A stretch of DNA of 46,048 nt from an uncultured Clostridia bacterium (GCA_947624735.1 CANQLM010000001.1:1-46048), one strand, 5' to 3'; positions 24,400 to 34,335 are shown, numbered from the stretch's first letter. Made by a program: numbers and translations. The notes: a model not told the origin generated them from the sequence alone.

Positions 24400-27300
24400 T
24401 TATTTATATCTTCTTTTACTTTTTGTTTTTTTATTTTTCTTTACAATAATAAATGTTATTGCAATTAAAGAAGCTATCATTAATACTATATATGCAACAA
24501 TTGGTATATCTGATGTAGTTGGTGTTACATTGTCATTCTTCTCTGGATTATTTGTTGCTGTATTATCACCATCATCTGGTTTTCCTTCTGAAGGATTATT
24601 TTCACCTTCACCTGGATTTACCTCTGATGGGTTATCTTCACCTTCTCCCGGATTTACCTCTGGTGGATTGTCTTCTTCCTCACCCGGATTTACTTCAGTT
24701 TGTGATGGAGTAATTGTTAATTCGCATGTTGCGTATACTGTTGGGTCATTCTTTACATATACTTTAATAATAGTTTTTCCAGCTTTTTTAGGTGTTATTT
24801 TTCCATCTTTTACTTCTGCTATCTCAGAATCGCTAGATTCCCATTCAAATTCTGCATTATCTGCATTATCTGGTGAATATTTAAATGTTAATGTATGTTC
24901 TTCATTGTCTTTTATTGTTAATTTTTCACTACTTAGCTCAATAGACCTAACTTTTATTTCTGGAACAATTATTTTACAGCTATCTTCTTTTTCTCCTGCT
25001 CTTGCTTTTATTGTTGCTTCTCCAGGACCTACTGCTGTTACATTACCTTCATTATCCACAGTAACAACATTTGTATTGCTTGATTCCCAAGTTATAGTTT
25101 TGTCTGTTGCATTTTCTGGTGTTACTTTAGCAGTTAAATTTTTAGTACTACCTTTTTGTAATGTTAGAGTTTTTTCACCTTGAGTTTTTTCTAATTCAAT
25201 TTCTATACCATCAACTGGTATTGGTACAACTTCAATTAAAATTTTTGCTGTATGTGTTGGACATTTCTTGTTTTGACAAGCAACTTTAACATTTACGTAT
25301 GCTTTTCCTACTGCCTTTGCTGTTACAACTCCAGAATTATCAACAGATACAACATCTGCTGGAGAACCAACTTCTGGGTCAAAACTCCATGAATCTTGTT
25401 TATAAGTTGCATTTTTAGGTATTACTTCAAAATTTAAGTCAACAGTTTTTCCTATTTGAAGTTTATAAGGTTCCTCTATAGTTGTCATTCCATCTATTGT
25501 AATTTTTACATCCTGAACATCAATTTTTTCTTTAATAATTGTAATATAGTATTCACGTGTTTTTCCATTATTTGAACTTGCTGTTATTACACATTTATTA
25601 TTTTCTTCGTTATTCTCATCGTATTTTAATGCTATGAAACTAACACTTCCATCTTCGTTTTGTCTAATTTCTACAAGACCTTCCTTGCTTGATGTCCAAG
25701 TTATCTCTTTATTTGTAGCATCTTTAGGTAAAACTTCTGGATGTATTGTTAAGAAATATTCTTTAGAACCTTCAGAATTTGCAACTAATTCAATTTCTGT
25801 ATTTTCTAACTCATCTGTTATTGACTCTACTGGAATTTCTTTTACTTCTGCATATTCTTCATATAGTTTCTCAATTGTCTTTTCTCCACTACTATAGTTT
25901 TCTCCGGCTCCCATAATTGCAGTAAGTTCTTCTTCTCCTGTCTCATCTGGATAGTCTACTATATTTACTAGAACAAGACTTTCTGCATACTCTGCTTGAG
26001 ATTCAGATGTTTCTATATTTGCATAAAGAATTTCTCCATTCTTAATTTTAAATGTGCTTATTTTTACATAATCTATAATGTTTAATTCACTAGCTAAAGA
26101 TACTGTTCTTGTCTTAGGTAGTATTGTTTCAATTGTGTAGTCTCCATCTGGAAGTTCTCCAAAGTCAAATTTACCATTAGCTGTTAATTCTTTTGGAGTT
26201 ATTTCTACTCCATTTTCATCTTTTCCTGTAATTCTTAATGTAAGTCCTGATATAAAGTTTGTATGTTGGTCAACAGTATAAATTACAACTTGTGCTTTTG
26301 ATGGTACTACGGTTACCTCACATGCTACAAACTTTTCACTATCACTATTTAATGTTGCTGTTACTATTGATGTTCCTACTTTTTTAGGAACTAGTGTTCC
26401 ATCCTCTCTAACTTCTACAACTGATTCATTACTTGATTTCCATGTAACTCCTTTGTCATCTGCACTCTCTGGATAATATGTTACTGATAATTTTTTATCT
26501 CCAACTATTATATTGTCTTTTATAGTAAGTGTTATATTACTTATTTCAATATATTCTACACTTATAGGATCAACAATTACTGTGCAAGTATCTGTTTTTC
26601 CATTAGATGTTGTAGCTGTAATAACTGCTGTACCCTTTGCTTTTGCCGTTACTTCGCCAGTTGAACTATTTACTTCTGCTATTGCTGGTGCATTTGATGA
26701 CCATGTTACAGTTTTATCTGTTGCATCATCTGGTGTAACTGTTGCAGTTAGAGTTGTTTTTTCTAATTTTCTTACATGAACAGTTTCTCCTTCATTAATT
26801 ACAACATTATCTACTGGTGTTGGTGGTATATTTTTAACTTTTATAGTAACATATTTTGAATGTGATGGACACTTAGGATTGTGACATGTTACTCTAATTC
26901 TTGCATATGCTGTACCTTCTTTTTGTGCTGTTACAACTCCTGCATTATCTACAGATATAACATCTGTTGCAACTGGATTCATGTCAATCTTTTGAGAAGC
27001 AGTCCATAAATCATCTTTATATGTAGCATCTGATGGACTAACTCTAAAATCAAGGTCAACTGTCTCTCCTACAAAAAGTTCTATAACAGCTGCTAATGGC
27101 AAGTCAACATCTTGGCCGTCTTTTTTAGTTGTAATAAATATATCAGTTACTGGATTAACTTTTTTTGTAAGTGTAATATTATAAGTTCTTGTTTTTCCAT
27201 TATTTGAAGTTGCTGTTATTTCACATTTATTATTTTCTTCATTAGTTTCATCATATTTTAATGCTATGAAGCTAACACTTCCATCTCTGTTTTGTCTAAT

Positions 27301-28602
27301 TTCTACAAAATCTTTCTTGTCTTCGCTTATATTCCAAGTTATAGTTTTATCTGTTGCATCCTTAGGTAAAACTTCTGGATGTATTGTTAGTGAATATTCT
27401 TTTGAATCCTGAGAATTTGCAACTAATATAATATTTGTATCTTTTAATTCATCTGTTATTGATTCTACTGGTGTTTCAACTACTTTGATAGTAAGTGGCT
27501 CTGAATCTACCCCATCTGCTGTTGCAATAACTTTTGTGTCTCCAATTTTTTTACCTGTAATTACTCCTGTTTCACTATTAATATCTATTATGTCACTTGG
27601 TGAATTTTCTACTATTTTCCATGTAACTATTGGCTCACTTGCAGTATCTGGTTCAACAGTTGCTGTAAGTGTTTTTTCTTCGTTTACTTTTAATTCAACA
27701 TTGCTTTCATTTATTGTTACTTTACTTACTTTAATTTTTTTAACTATTACTTTTACACTTATTTCTTTTTCATCTGAATTTAAATCTGTTACTTTTGCAG
27801 TAATTTTAATTCCTTCATCACTATAACCTTTAGCAGTTAAATATCCATCTTGAGTAACGCTAACTATATCTTTATTAGCTGAGCTCCATTCAATTTTTGA
27901 TACTCGTTCAAATGGCATTCTAGTTTCATTTGCTTGTAAACGATATAAATCAAGGTCTAGTTTATATGTACTGTTAGGACTAAGTTCTAACGTATAACCA
28001 CTTTCTTTGCTTCCTTGAATTTTACTGTCTTGATCTGTTAAATCAACTTCTAATTTTGGAAGTATATTTATTTCTATTTGATTAGAATAAAATGTTCTAT
28101 CATAATTTTTTCCATAAAGTTCTTCTTGTACTCTCTCATAAGCTCCTTGACCACTTTCTCCTCCTTCTGCATTCCATCTCAATACATATACCCTTAATGC
28201 ACATTTAAGAGGTTCTCCTACTTTAGTTGGTTCTTCTGCTTTAAGTGTTAATGTTTCTGTATTTTGATTTTCAATATCAATAAAAGGGCTAGGTCTTGCA
28301 CCTTTTTTTTCTTTGAACCACTGATATTCAAATTTGTCTGGATGTTCTCCTGTGGTAATTAAGCCAGTACTATCACTAGTAACATCAGCTTTAATGCTAG
28401 TTGTATCACCTACTATAAATACATATTTACTATCTTTAGTAGAAAATTTTACACTAAGTGCATCATCTAAAATAGTTGCTACTTCCTTACCTGTATTTAG
28501 ATTTTGGGCATATGATAAAAGATTGTTAAGTCCTATTTGCCCAGCGAATAGAACAATTATTAATAATACTATTAACAATTTTCTTTTCTTCATTTTTTTC
28601 AT
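24400..28602 (-). CDS. 1400-aa cell-surface protein with multiple Big_2 (bacterial Ig-like group 2) domains, a central Cna-B/prealbumin-like domain, an acidic P/E/N stalk and a C-terminal TM anchor
   Basis: Signal peptide LLIVLLIIVLFAGQIG. Repeated Big_2 signatures (TLTATVEPDTASEPIVTW, LTATVTPDDATDKTVTWSS, LTAKVTPENATDKTITWESS). GLTLRITGKDENG...GDYTIE segment. C-terminal IVAYIVLMIASLIAITFIIV + KKNKKTKSKRRYK. No LPXTG motif. SD GGGAGG lies upstream. Confidence 0.8.
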   Translation of the reverse strand: MKKMKKRKLLIVLLIIVLFAGQIGLNNLLSYAQNLNTGKEVATILDDALSVKFSTKDSKYVFIVGDTTSIKADVTSDSTGLITTGEHPDKFEYQWFKEKKGARPSPFIDIENQNTETLTLKAEEPTKVGEPLKCALRVYVLRWNAEGGESGQGAYERVQEELYGKNYDRTFYSNQIEINILPKLEVDLTDQDSKIQGSKESGYTLELSPNSTYKLDLDLYRLQANETRMPFERVSKIEWSSANKDIVSVTQDGYLTAKGYSDEGIKITAKVTDLNSDEKEISVKVIVKKIKVSKVTINESNVELKVNEEKTLTATVEPDTASEPIVTWKIVENSPSDIIDINSETGVITGKKIGDTKVIATADGVDSEPLTIKVVETPVESITDELKDTNIILVANSQDSKEYSLTIHPEVLPKDATDKTITWNISEDKKDFVEIRQNRDGSVSFIALKYDETNEENNKCEITATSNNGKTRTYNITLTKKVNPVTDIFITTKKDGQDVDLPLAAVIELFVGETVDLDFRVSPSDATYKDDLWTASQKIDMNPVATDVISVDNAGVVTAQKEGTAYARIRVTCHNPKCPSHSKYVTIKVKNIPPTPVDNVVINEGETVHVRKLEKTTLTATVTPDDATDKTVTWSSNAPAIAEVNSSTGEVTAKAKGTAVITATTSNGKTDTCTVIVDPISVEYIEISNITLTIKDNIIVGDKKLSVTYYPESADDKGVTWKSSNESVVEVREDGTLVPKKVGTSIVTATLNSDSEKFVACEVTVVPSKAQVVIYTVDQHTNFISGLTLRITGKDENGVEITPKELTANGKFDFGELPDGDYTIETILPKTRTVSLASELNIIDYVKISTFKIKNGEILYANIETSESQAEYAESLVLVNIVDYPDETGEEELTAIMGAGENYSSGEKTIEKLYEEYAEVKEIPVESITDELENTEIELVANSEGSKEYFLTIHPEVLPKDATNKEITWTSSKEGLVEIRQNEDGSVSFIALKYDENNEENNKCVITASSNNGKTREYYITIIKEKIDVQDVKITIDGMTTIEEPYKLQIGKTVDLNFEVIPKNATYKQDSWSFDPEVGSPADVVSVDNSGVVTAKAVGKAYVNVKVACQNKKCPTHTAKILIEVVPIPVDGIEIELEKTQGEKTLTLQKGSTKNLTAKVTPENATDKTITWESSNTNVVTVDNEGNVTAVGPGEATIKARAGEKEDSCKIIVPEIKVRSIELSSEKLTIKDNEEHTLTFKYSPDNADNAEFEWESSDSEIAEVKDGKITPKKAGKTIIKVYVKNDPTVYATCELTITPSQTEVNPGEEEDNPPEVNPGEGEDNPSEVNPGEGENNPSEGKPDDGDNTATNNPEKNDNVTPTTSDIPIVAYIVLMIASLIAITFIIVKKNKKTKSKRRYK
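24589..24696 (-). repeat. Three tandem 36-nt coding repeats (EVNPGE[EG]E[DN]NP[PS]) in the adhesin stalk
   Basis: Protein EVNPGEEEDNPP/EVNPGEGEDNPS/EVNPGEGENNPS followed by a degenerate fourth unit. The repeats are in frame. Confidence 0.8.
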
Positions 28603-28653
28603 AAAAATTCCTCCCTTTTATGTTTCATCTAGTATGTTTAAACACTTATATTA

Positions 28654-28682
28654 ATGATATCATAAGTACAAATTAAGGTCAA
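28654..28682 (-). promoter_or_regulatory. Promoter of the adhesin gene: TTGACC, 17-nt spacer, TGaTATCAT
   Basis: On the minus strand, -35 TTGACC is at 28682-28677 and -10 TATCAT at 28659-28654 with a TG extension. Confidence 0.45.
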
Positions 28683-28692
28683 CCCATTTTTT

Positions 28693-29421
28693 CTAATTTT
28701 CCTTTGAAAATTTTTGGAAAGTGCCCATTATATCTTTTATTACCTCTCCTGCAATAATTAATCCTGCAACAGATGGAACATAAGAAATACTTCCTGGTAC
28801 TTGTTTTAAATTGTTTTCTTGATTTGCATTATTTACTTTAATTGATTCTTCTTTTGAGTAAACTACTTTTAGATTGTCAATTTCTCTCTTTTTTAATTCT
28901 TTTCTCATTACTTTTGCTAAAGGGCATACGCTTGTTTTATAAATGTCTGCTACTTCAAATTTAGTAGCATCAAGTTTATTGCCAGTTCCCATACATGAGA
29001 TAATTGGTATATTCCATTTTTTTGCTCTTACTACTAATTCAATTTTTGCAGTAATTGTATCTACTGCATCTACTATATAATTAATTTCTGAGTTAAAGAA
29101 ATCTTCACTTTCAGGCATAAAAAATTCTTTATATACTTCTACTTTTGCGTTTGGATTTATTTCTAAAATTCTATTCTTTGCGACATCTACTTTATATTTG
29201 CCTAATGTTTTTGTCGTACTAATTAGCTGTCTATTTAAATTGCTTAAGGCTACTTTGTCATTATCCACTAATATAAAGTTTCCTATTCCTGCTCTTACTA
29301 ATGCCTCTACTACATAAGAGCCTACTCCTCCGATTCCGAATACTGCTACTTTCGATTTTTTTAGTTTTTCTATTTTTTCTTTTCCAATTAATAATTCTGT
29401 TCTTGAAAATTGATTTTCCAT
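28693..29421 (-). CDS. tcdA: tRNA threonylcarbamoyladenosine dehydratase (ThiF/MoeB-like E1 fold)
   Basis: 242 aa with FGIGGVGSYVVEALVRAGIGNFILVDNDKVALSNLNRQ. Size and layout match TcdA/CsdL. Confidence 0.8.
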   Translation of the reverse strand: MENQFSRTELLIGKEKIEKLKKSKVAVFGIGGVGSYVVEALVRAGIGNFILVDNDKVALSNLNRQLISTTKTLGKYKVDVAKNRILEINPNAKVEVYKEFFMPESEDFFNSEINYIVDAVDTITAKIELVVRAKKWNIPIISCMGTGNKLDATKFEVADIYKTSVCPLAKVMRKELKKREIDNLKVVYSKEESIKVNNANQENNLKQVPGSISYVPSVAGLIIAGEVIKDIMGTFQKFSKEN

Positions 29422-29455
29422 TTTTCTATCCTTGTTCCTTTTTATTTATTAAAAT

Positions 29456-29926
29456 TTATCTATGTCCATCATTAGTTTTATTGTCAATGTTTTCTTTGTA
29501 TTTAGATTTTCCAAATGCTAAGATTGGATAAAATATAAAATCAAATAAAATCATTCCTACAATAAACCATACAGATTTATTAAATTTTCGTGTCAGCAAG
29601 GCCTTTTGAGTTGCGTCCACTATATTCCAAGCAATAAATGCAATTAGACTAATTTGTGGTATAAAGAATAATATTATTGTAAGTAAAAAAGCTGGAGACA
29701 TCCCAGAGATTTTGTATAAAATTATTAAATTATAAATTGGAATTAAGCATTTCCATGAACTTTGGCCTGCTTTCTTAAATATTTTCCACATTGATATAAT
29801 AATAATAATAGCAATAATTACACTTATTATTACCATTACTATCTTCATAAACTGTATTCCATATTTTAGAGTTTCTTCGTCTATGCCTCTAAAGATTGAG
29901 TTTATAATATTAAAATATTCTTGCAT
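29456..29926 (-). CDS. DUF5684-like small membrane protein
   Basis: 156 aa with 4 TM helices. Motif KIFKKAGQSSWKCLIPIYNLIILYKISG is typical of that family. Confidence 0.5.
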   Translation of the reverse strand: MQEYFNIINSIFRGIDEETLKYGIQFMKIVMVIISVIIAIIIIISMWKIFKKAGQSSWKCLIPIYNLIILYKISGMSPAFLLTIILFFIPQISLIAFIAWNIVDATQKALLTRKFNKSVWFIVGMILFDFIFYPILAFGKSKYKENIDNKTNDGHR

Positions 29927-29956
29927 TATTTTCTCCTACTTATGTGTTTAATCTTA

Positions 29957-30427
29957 CTATTTTGTTCCATTTATATTTGGACTAAGTAGATTATTGTTTA
30001 AATTATTAGTAATTTCATTTATTGTTGGACTAATTATCATTTCATTTTTCGTTAGACTAATTAGTTTGTTGCTTAAATTATTAGTGTTTTCATATTTTAC
30101 TGGAACTAATGATTGAAAAAATCCACTAATATAGACTAAATATATAGTAATTATGACTGAAACGACACAATATCCTGCTAAAACATTTGAGTCTATCTTC
30201 TTATTACGTATGATAAGTAAAATTATCGGAACAATTAAGGAAATTAAATTATATGCGAATATGACAAGCCAACATATTAATTGCCATCCACTATCTGGAT
30301 TGTATATACCCGCTACTTTTTCTACTGGTGAGAACTTTACTATTAAAATTCCTACTACAATTCGTATTATTTGTAAAATAGCATTAATTGTTGCTTGGAT
30401 AGCAAATCCTTTTAAAAATTTCTTCAT
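29957..30427 (-). CDS. Hypothetical 4-TM membrane protein with N-rich C-terminal tail
   Basis: 156-aa ORF. Its start overlaps the stop of the upstream FNT gene by 4 nt (ATGA). No family recognised. Confidence 0.5.
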   Translation of the reverse strand: MKKFLKGFAIQATINAILQIIRIVVGILIVKFSPVEKVAGIYNPDSGWQLICWLVIFAYNLISLIVPIILLIIRNKKIDSNVLAGYCVVSVIITIYLVYISGFFQSLVPVKYENTNNLSNKLISLTKNEMIISPTINEITNNLNNNLLSPNINGTK

Positions 30428-31077
30428 TTTACTTTATCCTCCAACAATTTTTTATTAAATCTATTATAGCAAAATGCAATTATAATAGATCCCAAACTAT
30501 TGCCTAGAACCATTACTAATAAGTATAAAAATACTTTCATACTCCAAATTCCTGCTATGCTAAAGTAAAACATATTAGCTACACAGTGTTCAAATCCACA
30601 TAATATAAATGCCATTACTCCCATAACAATGATTATGTATTTTCCTATATCTCCTTTTTCTTTTTTGTAGTTATTAACTGCTATGTACATTATCATTCCG
30701 CAAAACATTGAAAGAATAAAAATGCTAAGTAAATTATCATTTAGTTTTGTATTGACTATGTTTTTAGCAGTCTCAATATATGCTGTATATCTTGTAAGTC
30801 TCATAAGATTTCCTACTAAAAATGTTCCTATAAAATTTCCTATTAAAGATATTAATAGTTCTAAGATATAACTTACTTTATTAACTAATATGTATCCTAC
30901 TTTACCTGTATATAAGTTTAAAGAATACATACATACTGTAAGTAGACCTACTGAAAATATAAATGAGCCTACTATTTTATTTTGTATAGCTAAATAAGCT
31001 ATTCCTCCTATTCCAATTACTATTCCTGCATAAATTCCTTTTATTAGATAATCTAAATACTGTTTTAAGTTTTTCAT
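30424..31077 (-). CDS. Formate/nitrite transporter (FNT) family channel, short form
   Basis: 217 aa with 6 TM helices. Hallmark CGFEHCVANMFYF. Confidence 0.75.
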   Translation of the reverse strand: MKNLKQYLDYLIKGIYAGIVIGIGGIAYLAIQNKIVGSFIFSVGLLTVCMYSLNLYTGKVGYILVNKVSYILELLISLIGNFIGTFLVGNLMRLTRYTAYIETAKNIVNTKLNDNLLSIFILSMFCGMIMYIAVNNYKKEKGDIGKYIIIVMGVMAFILCGFEHCVANMFYFSIAGIWSMKVFLYLLVMVLGNSLGSIIIAFCYNRFNKKLLEDKVK

Positions 31078-31099
31078 AATATTTCTACTCCATTTTTTA

Positions 31100-32194
31100 T
31101 TATTTTAATACATTTTGATTTAATATTAAAGTATTATATAAAAATAATACGTCTTGTTTTTCAAATTTTACATATTGATTTAATATTGAACTTGATATAT
31201 ACCTTAAATCTATTAGCGTTATCTTTTGATAATTTTCTATTAATAATGGTGCTAAGCTACTTCCAAATGAATCTCTAAATAATAAAAGTTCTTTTCCTTC
31301 AGGCCCATTAGGATTGTTTATCTGTATTAGTGCTGTTGCTCCTGATAAAAATACATCATACTTATCAGAAGATTTTTTCATTTTTTCTATATTATAAACT
31401 TTTTCATTTTTGCTTGTTTCAAAATTATATACTATTAAATTTTGTATTGTTTTATTTGTCAAAATTTTAATTCTATCAGGTATAACTTGCATCCCTAGTT
31501 GTCCATAATATGCACCATAAAAATCTCCTAAGTCTTCTATATCATAATTGATATTTGAGGTGTCTTTTAATTTCATTTCTTTTTCTAATGTACTAACTAC
31601 TTCTTTTAGATTTTCCTGTTTCCAATGTAAATCAGTATTATAATAATCTTCAAGTTTTAAATCCTTGGTAATATCTATATATTTCATTTGTGGTAAAGTA
31701 TTTTGTAAAATATCTTGTACATCTTGAGCATTTATTTTTAAGTGGTCAGATTCTAAATAATTATTTTTGTCTGGAATTAGTGAATAATATATTTTCATAT
31801 CTTGGTTTAAATATTTGTCGTAAATATTTTTTATCTTCTCTGCTGATTTTTTGATATTTGCTTCTTTTAAAGGATATTCTATTTTATATATTTTCCCATC
31901 CTTTAAAAATAATCCGTTATTGTCTTTCTGCCTATAAATGTAATTACTCCAAAAAGATTTTATACTTCTAAAAGTATCTCTAAAAATAAATTGGTCTACT
32001 GTATAATTATCTAGTTCTTCAGAGGTTTTTCCATTTACTATTTTTTCAAATGTTATTTTCGGAAACTGTGTTAATTTTCTTCTTTCTGTCATTGATATTT
32101 CTTCATCTTTTTTTGCTATGTTTGCTATCAGAATTGCAAACAATATTAATATAAAAGTGAATACAACGACTTTATTTTTTGTTTTTTCTTTCAT
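31100..32194 (-). CDS. DHHW/AlgJ-like (SGNH-type) acyltransferase partner protein, membrane-anchored
   Basis: 364 aa with an N-terminal TM helix. Motifs NTDLHWKQ (D-x-H-W) and LFRDSFGSSL. It lies immediately downstream of the MBOAT gene. Confidence 0.6.
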   Translation of the reverse strand: MKEKTKNKVVVFTFILILFAILIANIAKKDEEISMTERRKLTQFPKITFEKIVNGKTSEELDNYTVDQFIFRDTFRSIKSFWSNYIYRQKDNNGLFLKDGKIYKIEYPLKEANIKKSAEKIKNIYDKYLNQDMKIYYSLIPDKNNYLESDHLKINAQDVQDILQNTLPQMKYIDITKDLKLEDYYNTDLHWKQENLKEVVSTLEKEMKLKDTSNINYDIEDLGDFYGAYYGQLGMQVIPDRIKILTNKTIQNLIVYNFETSKNEKVYNIEKMKKSSDKYDVFLSGATALIQINNPNGPEGKELLLFRDSFGSSLAPLLIENYQKITLIDLRYISSSILNQYVKFEKQDVLFLYNTLILNQNVLK

Positions 32195-32231
32195 TTTTGC
32201 TTCTCCTTTATTTTATATTTTAGAAAATTTT

Positions 32232-33617
32232 TTAAAATCTAAAATACAAAAATGGATTAAATGAACCATCTACAATATATGATGTGCATATTATTAATAA
32301 ACTTATTAAAAAAATTGGTTCTAAGGTATTAGTTATTTTTTCAAACTTTTTAGAGCTTACTATATTTTTTATTAATGGTGTTGATGCTACTATTCCAACA
32401 ATTATGATTGTTATATAGCTTTTTAAATAATACAAACTTTCTGGTGTTATAAGTGGAATACCTCCAATTCCTACTAAGCCTCCTATATTTTGCATTATTT
32501 GTACAGTATTTTTTCCATTAAATATTATAAAACTAATCATTACTAATATTAACACATAGATGTGTGAAAATATTTTAGGCATTTTTTCTAAAAATTTTCC
32601 TAAAAATAGTTTTTCTATAATTAATAATATTCCAAAATATAATCCCCAGATTATAAAGTTCCATGCTGCTCCATGCCACAAGCCTGTAAGTAGCCATACT
32701 ATCATTATATTTCTTAACCATTTTATTTTGGTTGTTCTATTTCCTCCAAGTGGAATATAAACATAATCTCTAAACCAACTACTCAATGATATATGCCATC
32801 TTCTCCAAAAATCTGTAATGCTTTTTGCTATATATGGATAATTGAAGTTTTCTAAAAATTCAAATCCAAACATTTTTCCAAGTCCAATTGCCATATCCGA
32901 GTATCCTGAAAAATCAAAGTATATTTGTAGCATAGCTGAAATTCCATATAGCCAATAATATAAGATACTCATTTCTTTGCTTGCTAAAAATGTATTTGCA
33001 AGTTCTCCTAAACAATTAGCAATTAATACTTTTTTGCTAAGTCCTATTATAAATCTTCTAACTCCTAAAGCAAATTTTTGCATAGTGTGAGTTCTATTTT
33101 CTAATTGGTCTTCTATTGATTTATATCTTACAATTGGTCCTGCAATAAGTTGTGGAAATAGTGAAACATATGTCGCAAGTTTTAAAATATTTTTTTGTAC
33201 TTTAACATCTCCTCGATATACATCTACAAGATAACTTAGCATTTGAAAAGTATAAAAAGATATTCCAATTGGTAATGCAACATAGATAAAATCAATTTGA
33301 TTTTTTAGCCATAGATTTATATTTTGTATAATAAAGTTTGCATATTTAAAATATACTAATAGTCCTAAACTTATGCTAATTGCTATTATTAAGAATAGCT
33401 TTCTATATTTTTTATATTTGTCTATTAATATTCCAAATATGTATGTTATTGCTATTGAAAACGCCATTAATATTACATAAGTTGGTTCTCCAAAAAAGTA
33501 AAATATAAATGACGCTATTAACAAGACTAAGTTCTTACATTTTTTAGGAACTATATAATAGATTGCAAGTGTGATTGGCAAAAAGTAAAATAGAAATGTT
33601 ATACTCGAGAATACCAT
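32232..33617 (-). CDS. MBOAT-family O-acyltransferase (AlgI/DltB-like)
   Basis: 461 aa, polytopic. Hallmark FWRRWHISLSSWFRDYVYIPLGGNR and LWHGA. Confidence 0.88.
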   Translation of the reverse strand: MVFSSITFLFYFLPITLAIYYIVPKKCKNLVLLIASFIFYFFGEPTYVILMAFSIAITYIFGILIDKYKKYRKLFLIIAISISLGLLVYFKYANFIIQNINLWLKNQIDFIYVALPIGISFYTFQMLSYLVDVYRGDVKVQKNILKLATYVSLFPQLIAGPIVRYKSIEDQLENRTHTMQKFALGVRRFIIGLSKKVLIANCLGELANTFLASKEMSILYYWLYGISAMLQIYFDFSGYSDMAIGLGKMFGFEFLENFNYPYIAKSITDFWRRWHISLSSWFRDYVYIPLGGNRTTKIKWLRNIMIVWLLTGLWHGAAWNFIIWGLYFGILLIIEKLFLGKFLEKMPKIFSHIYVLILVMISFIIFNGKNTVQIMQNIGGLVGIGGIPLITPESLYYLKSYITIIIVGIVASTPLIKNIVSSKKFEKITNTLEPIFLISLLIICTSYIVDGSFNPFLYFRF

Positions 33618-33654
33618 TTTTTATTTTCCTTTCATATGTATCTTTTTGTATAAA

Positions 33655-33693
33655 TAAAAAAGCCGATAAATAGACATAACTATTTTTATCGGC
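33655..33693 (-). terminator. Intrinsic terminator GCCGATAAA-N14-TTTATCGGC plus T-tract
   Basis: 9-bp stem at 33662-33670/33685-33693, followed on the minus strand by TTTTTTATTT. It lies 17 nt after the stop at 33710. Confidence 0.65.
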
Positions 33694-33709
33694 GATATAA
33701 ATTTATTTT

Positions 33710-34291
33710 TTATTCTGGTACTGGAAAACTCATATCTGGTGGTAACTCTTCTTCTTGCTCTGTTTTCTCATATAATTCTCCAACTTTTCCAGTTAATTTT
33801 TTAAAGCTATTGTAAATGTCTGTAGCTTTATCTTCATCTGTCATTACAAGGAATACTATATTGCCACTATTTGTTGCATATAATTTTTCTGCTGATACGC
33901 AAATCCATTTTCTTGTATTTACACCTTCTGACATTGCTTTTGCTACTTCATTTGCATTTACTCCATCTTTAACCTTTGCCATAACTAGTGAATATGCTTG
34001 AGCATTAACCATTGGCTCTGATACAACTGCGAATTCAAGATTTTCTCCATTTTCTAATCCTGTATATGAATTTACTGAGGTATCGTCTGTTAGGTCTATT
34101 TCTCTTGTTTCTGTATTGTATAATTCTACTGTTACTCCATCATATACTTTGTCAACCATTTTGGTTAAATCTTGGGCGCTACTTACTTCTAATAAATTGC
34201 TACTTTCATTGTTCGTTGTTACTATTACAAGTACTGCAATAATTGCGATTGCTAAAATTGATATAATTATTATTTGTGTTGTTTTGTTCAT
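33710..34291 (-). CDS. Membrane-anchored extracytoplasmic protein of unknown function (possibly DUF4358-like)
   Basis: 193 aa from ATG 34291, which has SD AAAGGGGA 7 nt upstream, and an N-terminal TM helix IIIISILAIAIIAVLVIV. The longer ORF call to 34363 runs into the tRNA gene and is rejected. Confidence 0.6.
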   Translation of the reverse strand: MNKTTQIIIISILAIAIIAVLVIVTTNNESSNLLEVSSAQDLTKMVDKVYDGVTVELYNTETREIDLTDDTSVNSYTGLENGENLEFAVVSEPMVNAQAYSLVMAKVKDGVNANEVAKAMSEGVNTRKWICVSAEKLYATNSGNIVFLVMTDEDKATDIYNSFKKLTGKVGELYEKTEQEEELPPDMSFPVPE

Positions 34292-34335
34292 TTTATTATC
34301 CCCTTTCTTATTACTCATTATATGAGATAAAAAAT

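Noticed and set aside
24395-25183. 262-aa + strand ORF antisense to the 3' end of the adhesin gene
   Set aside because: It is the reverse-complement shadow of the acidic P/E/N repeat region, giving an S/G/F/P-rich low-complexity product. It has no SD and lies fully inside a well-supported minus-strand CDS.
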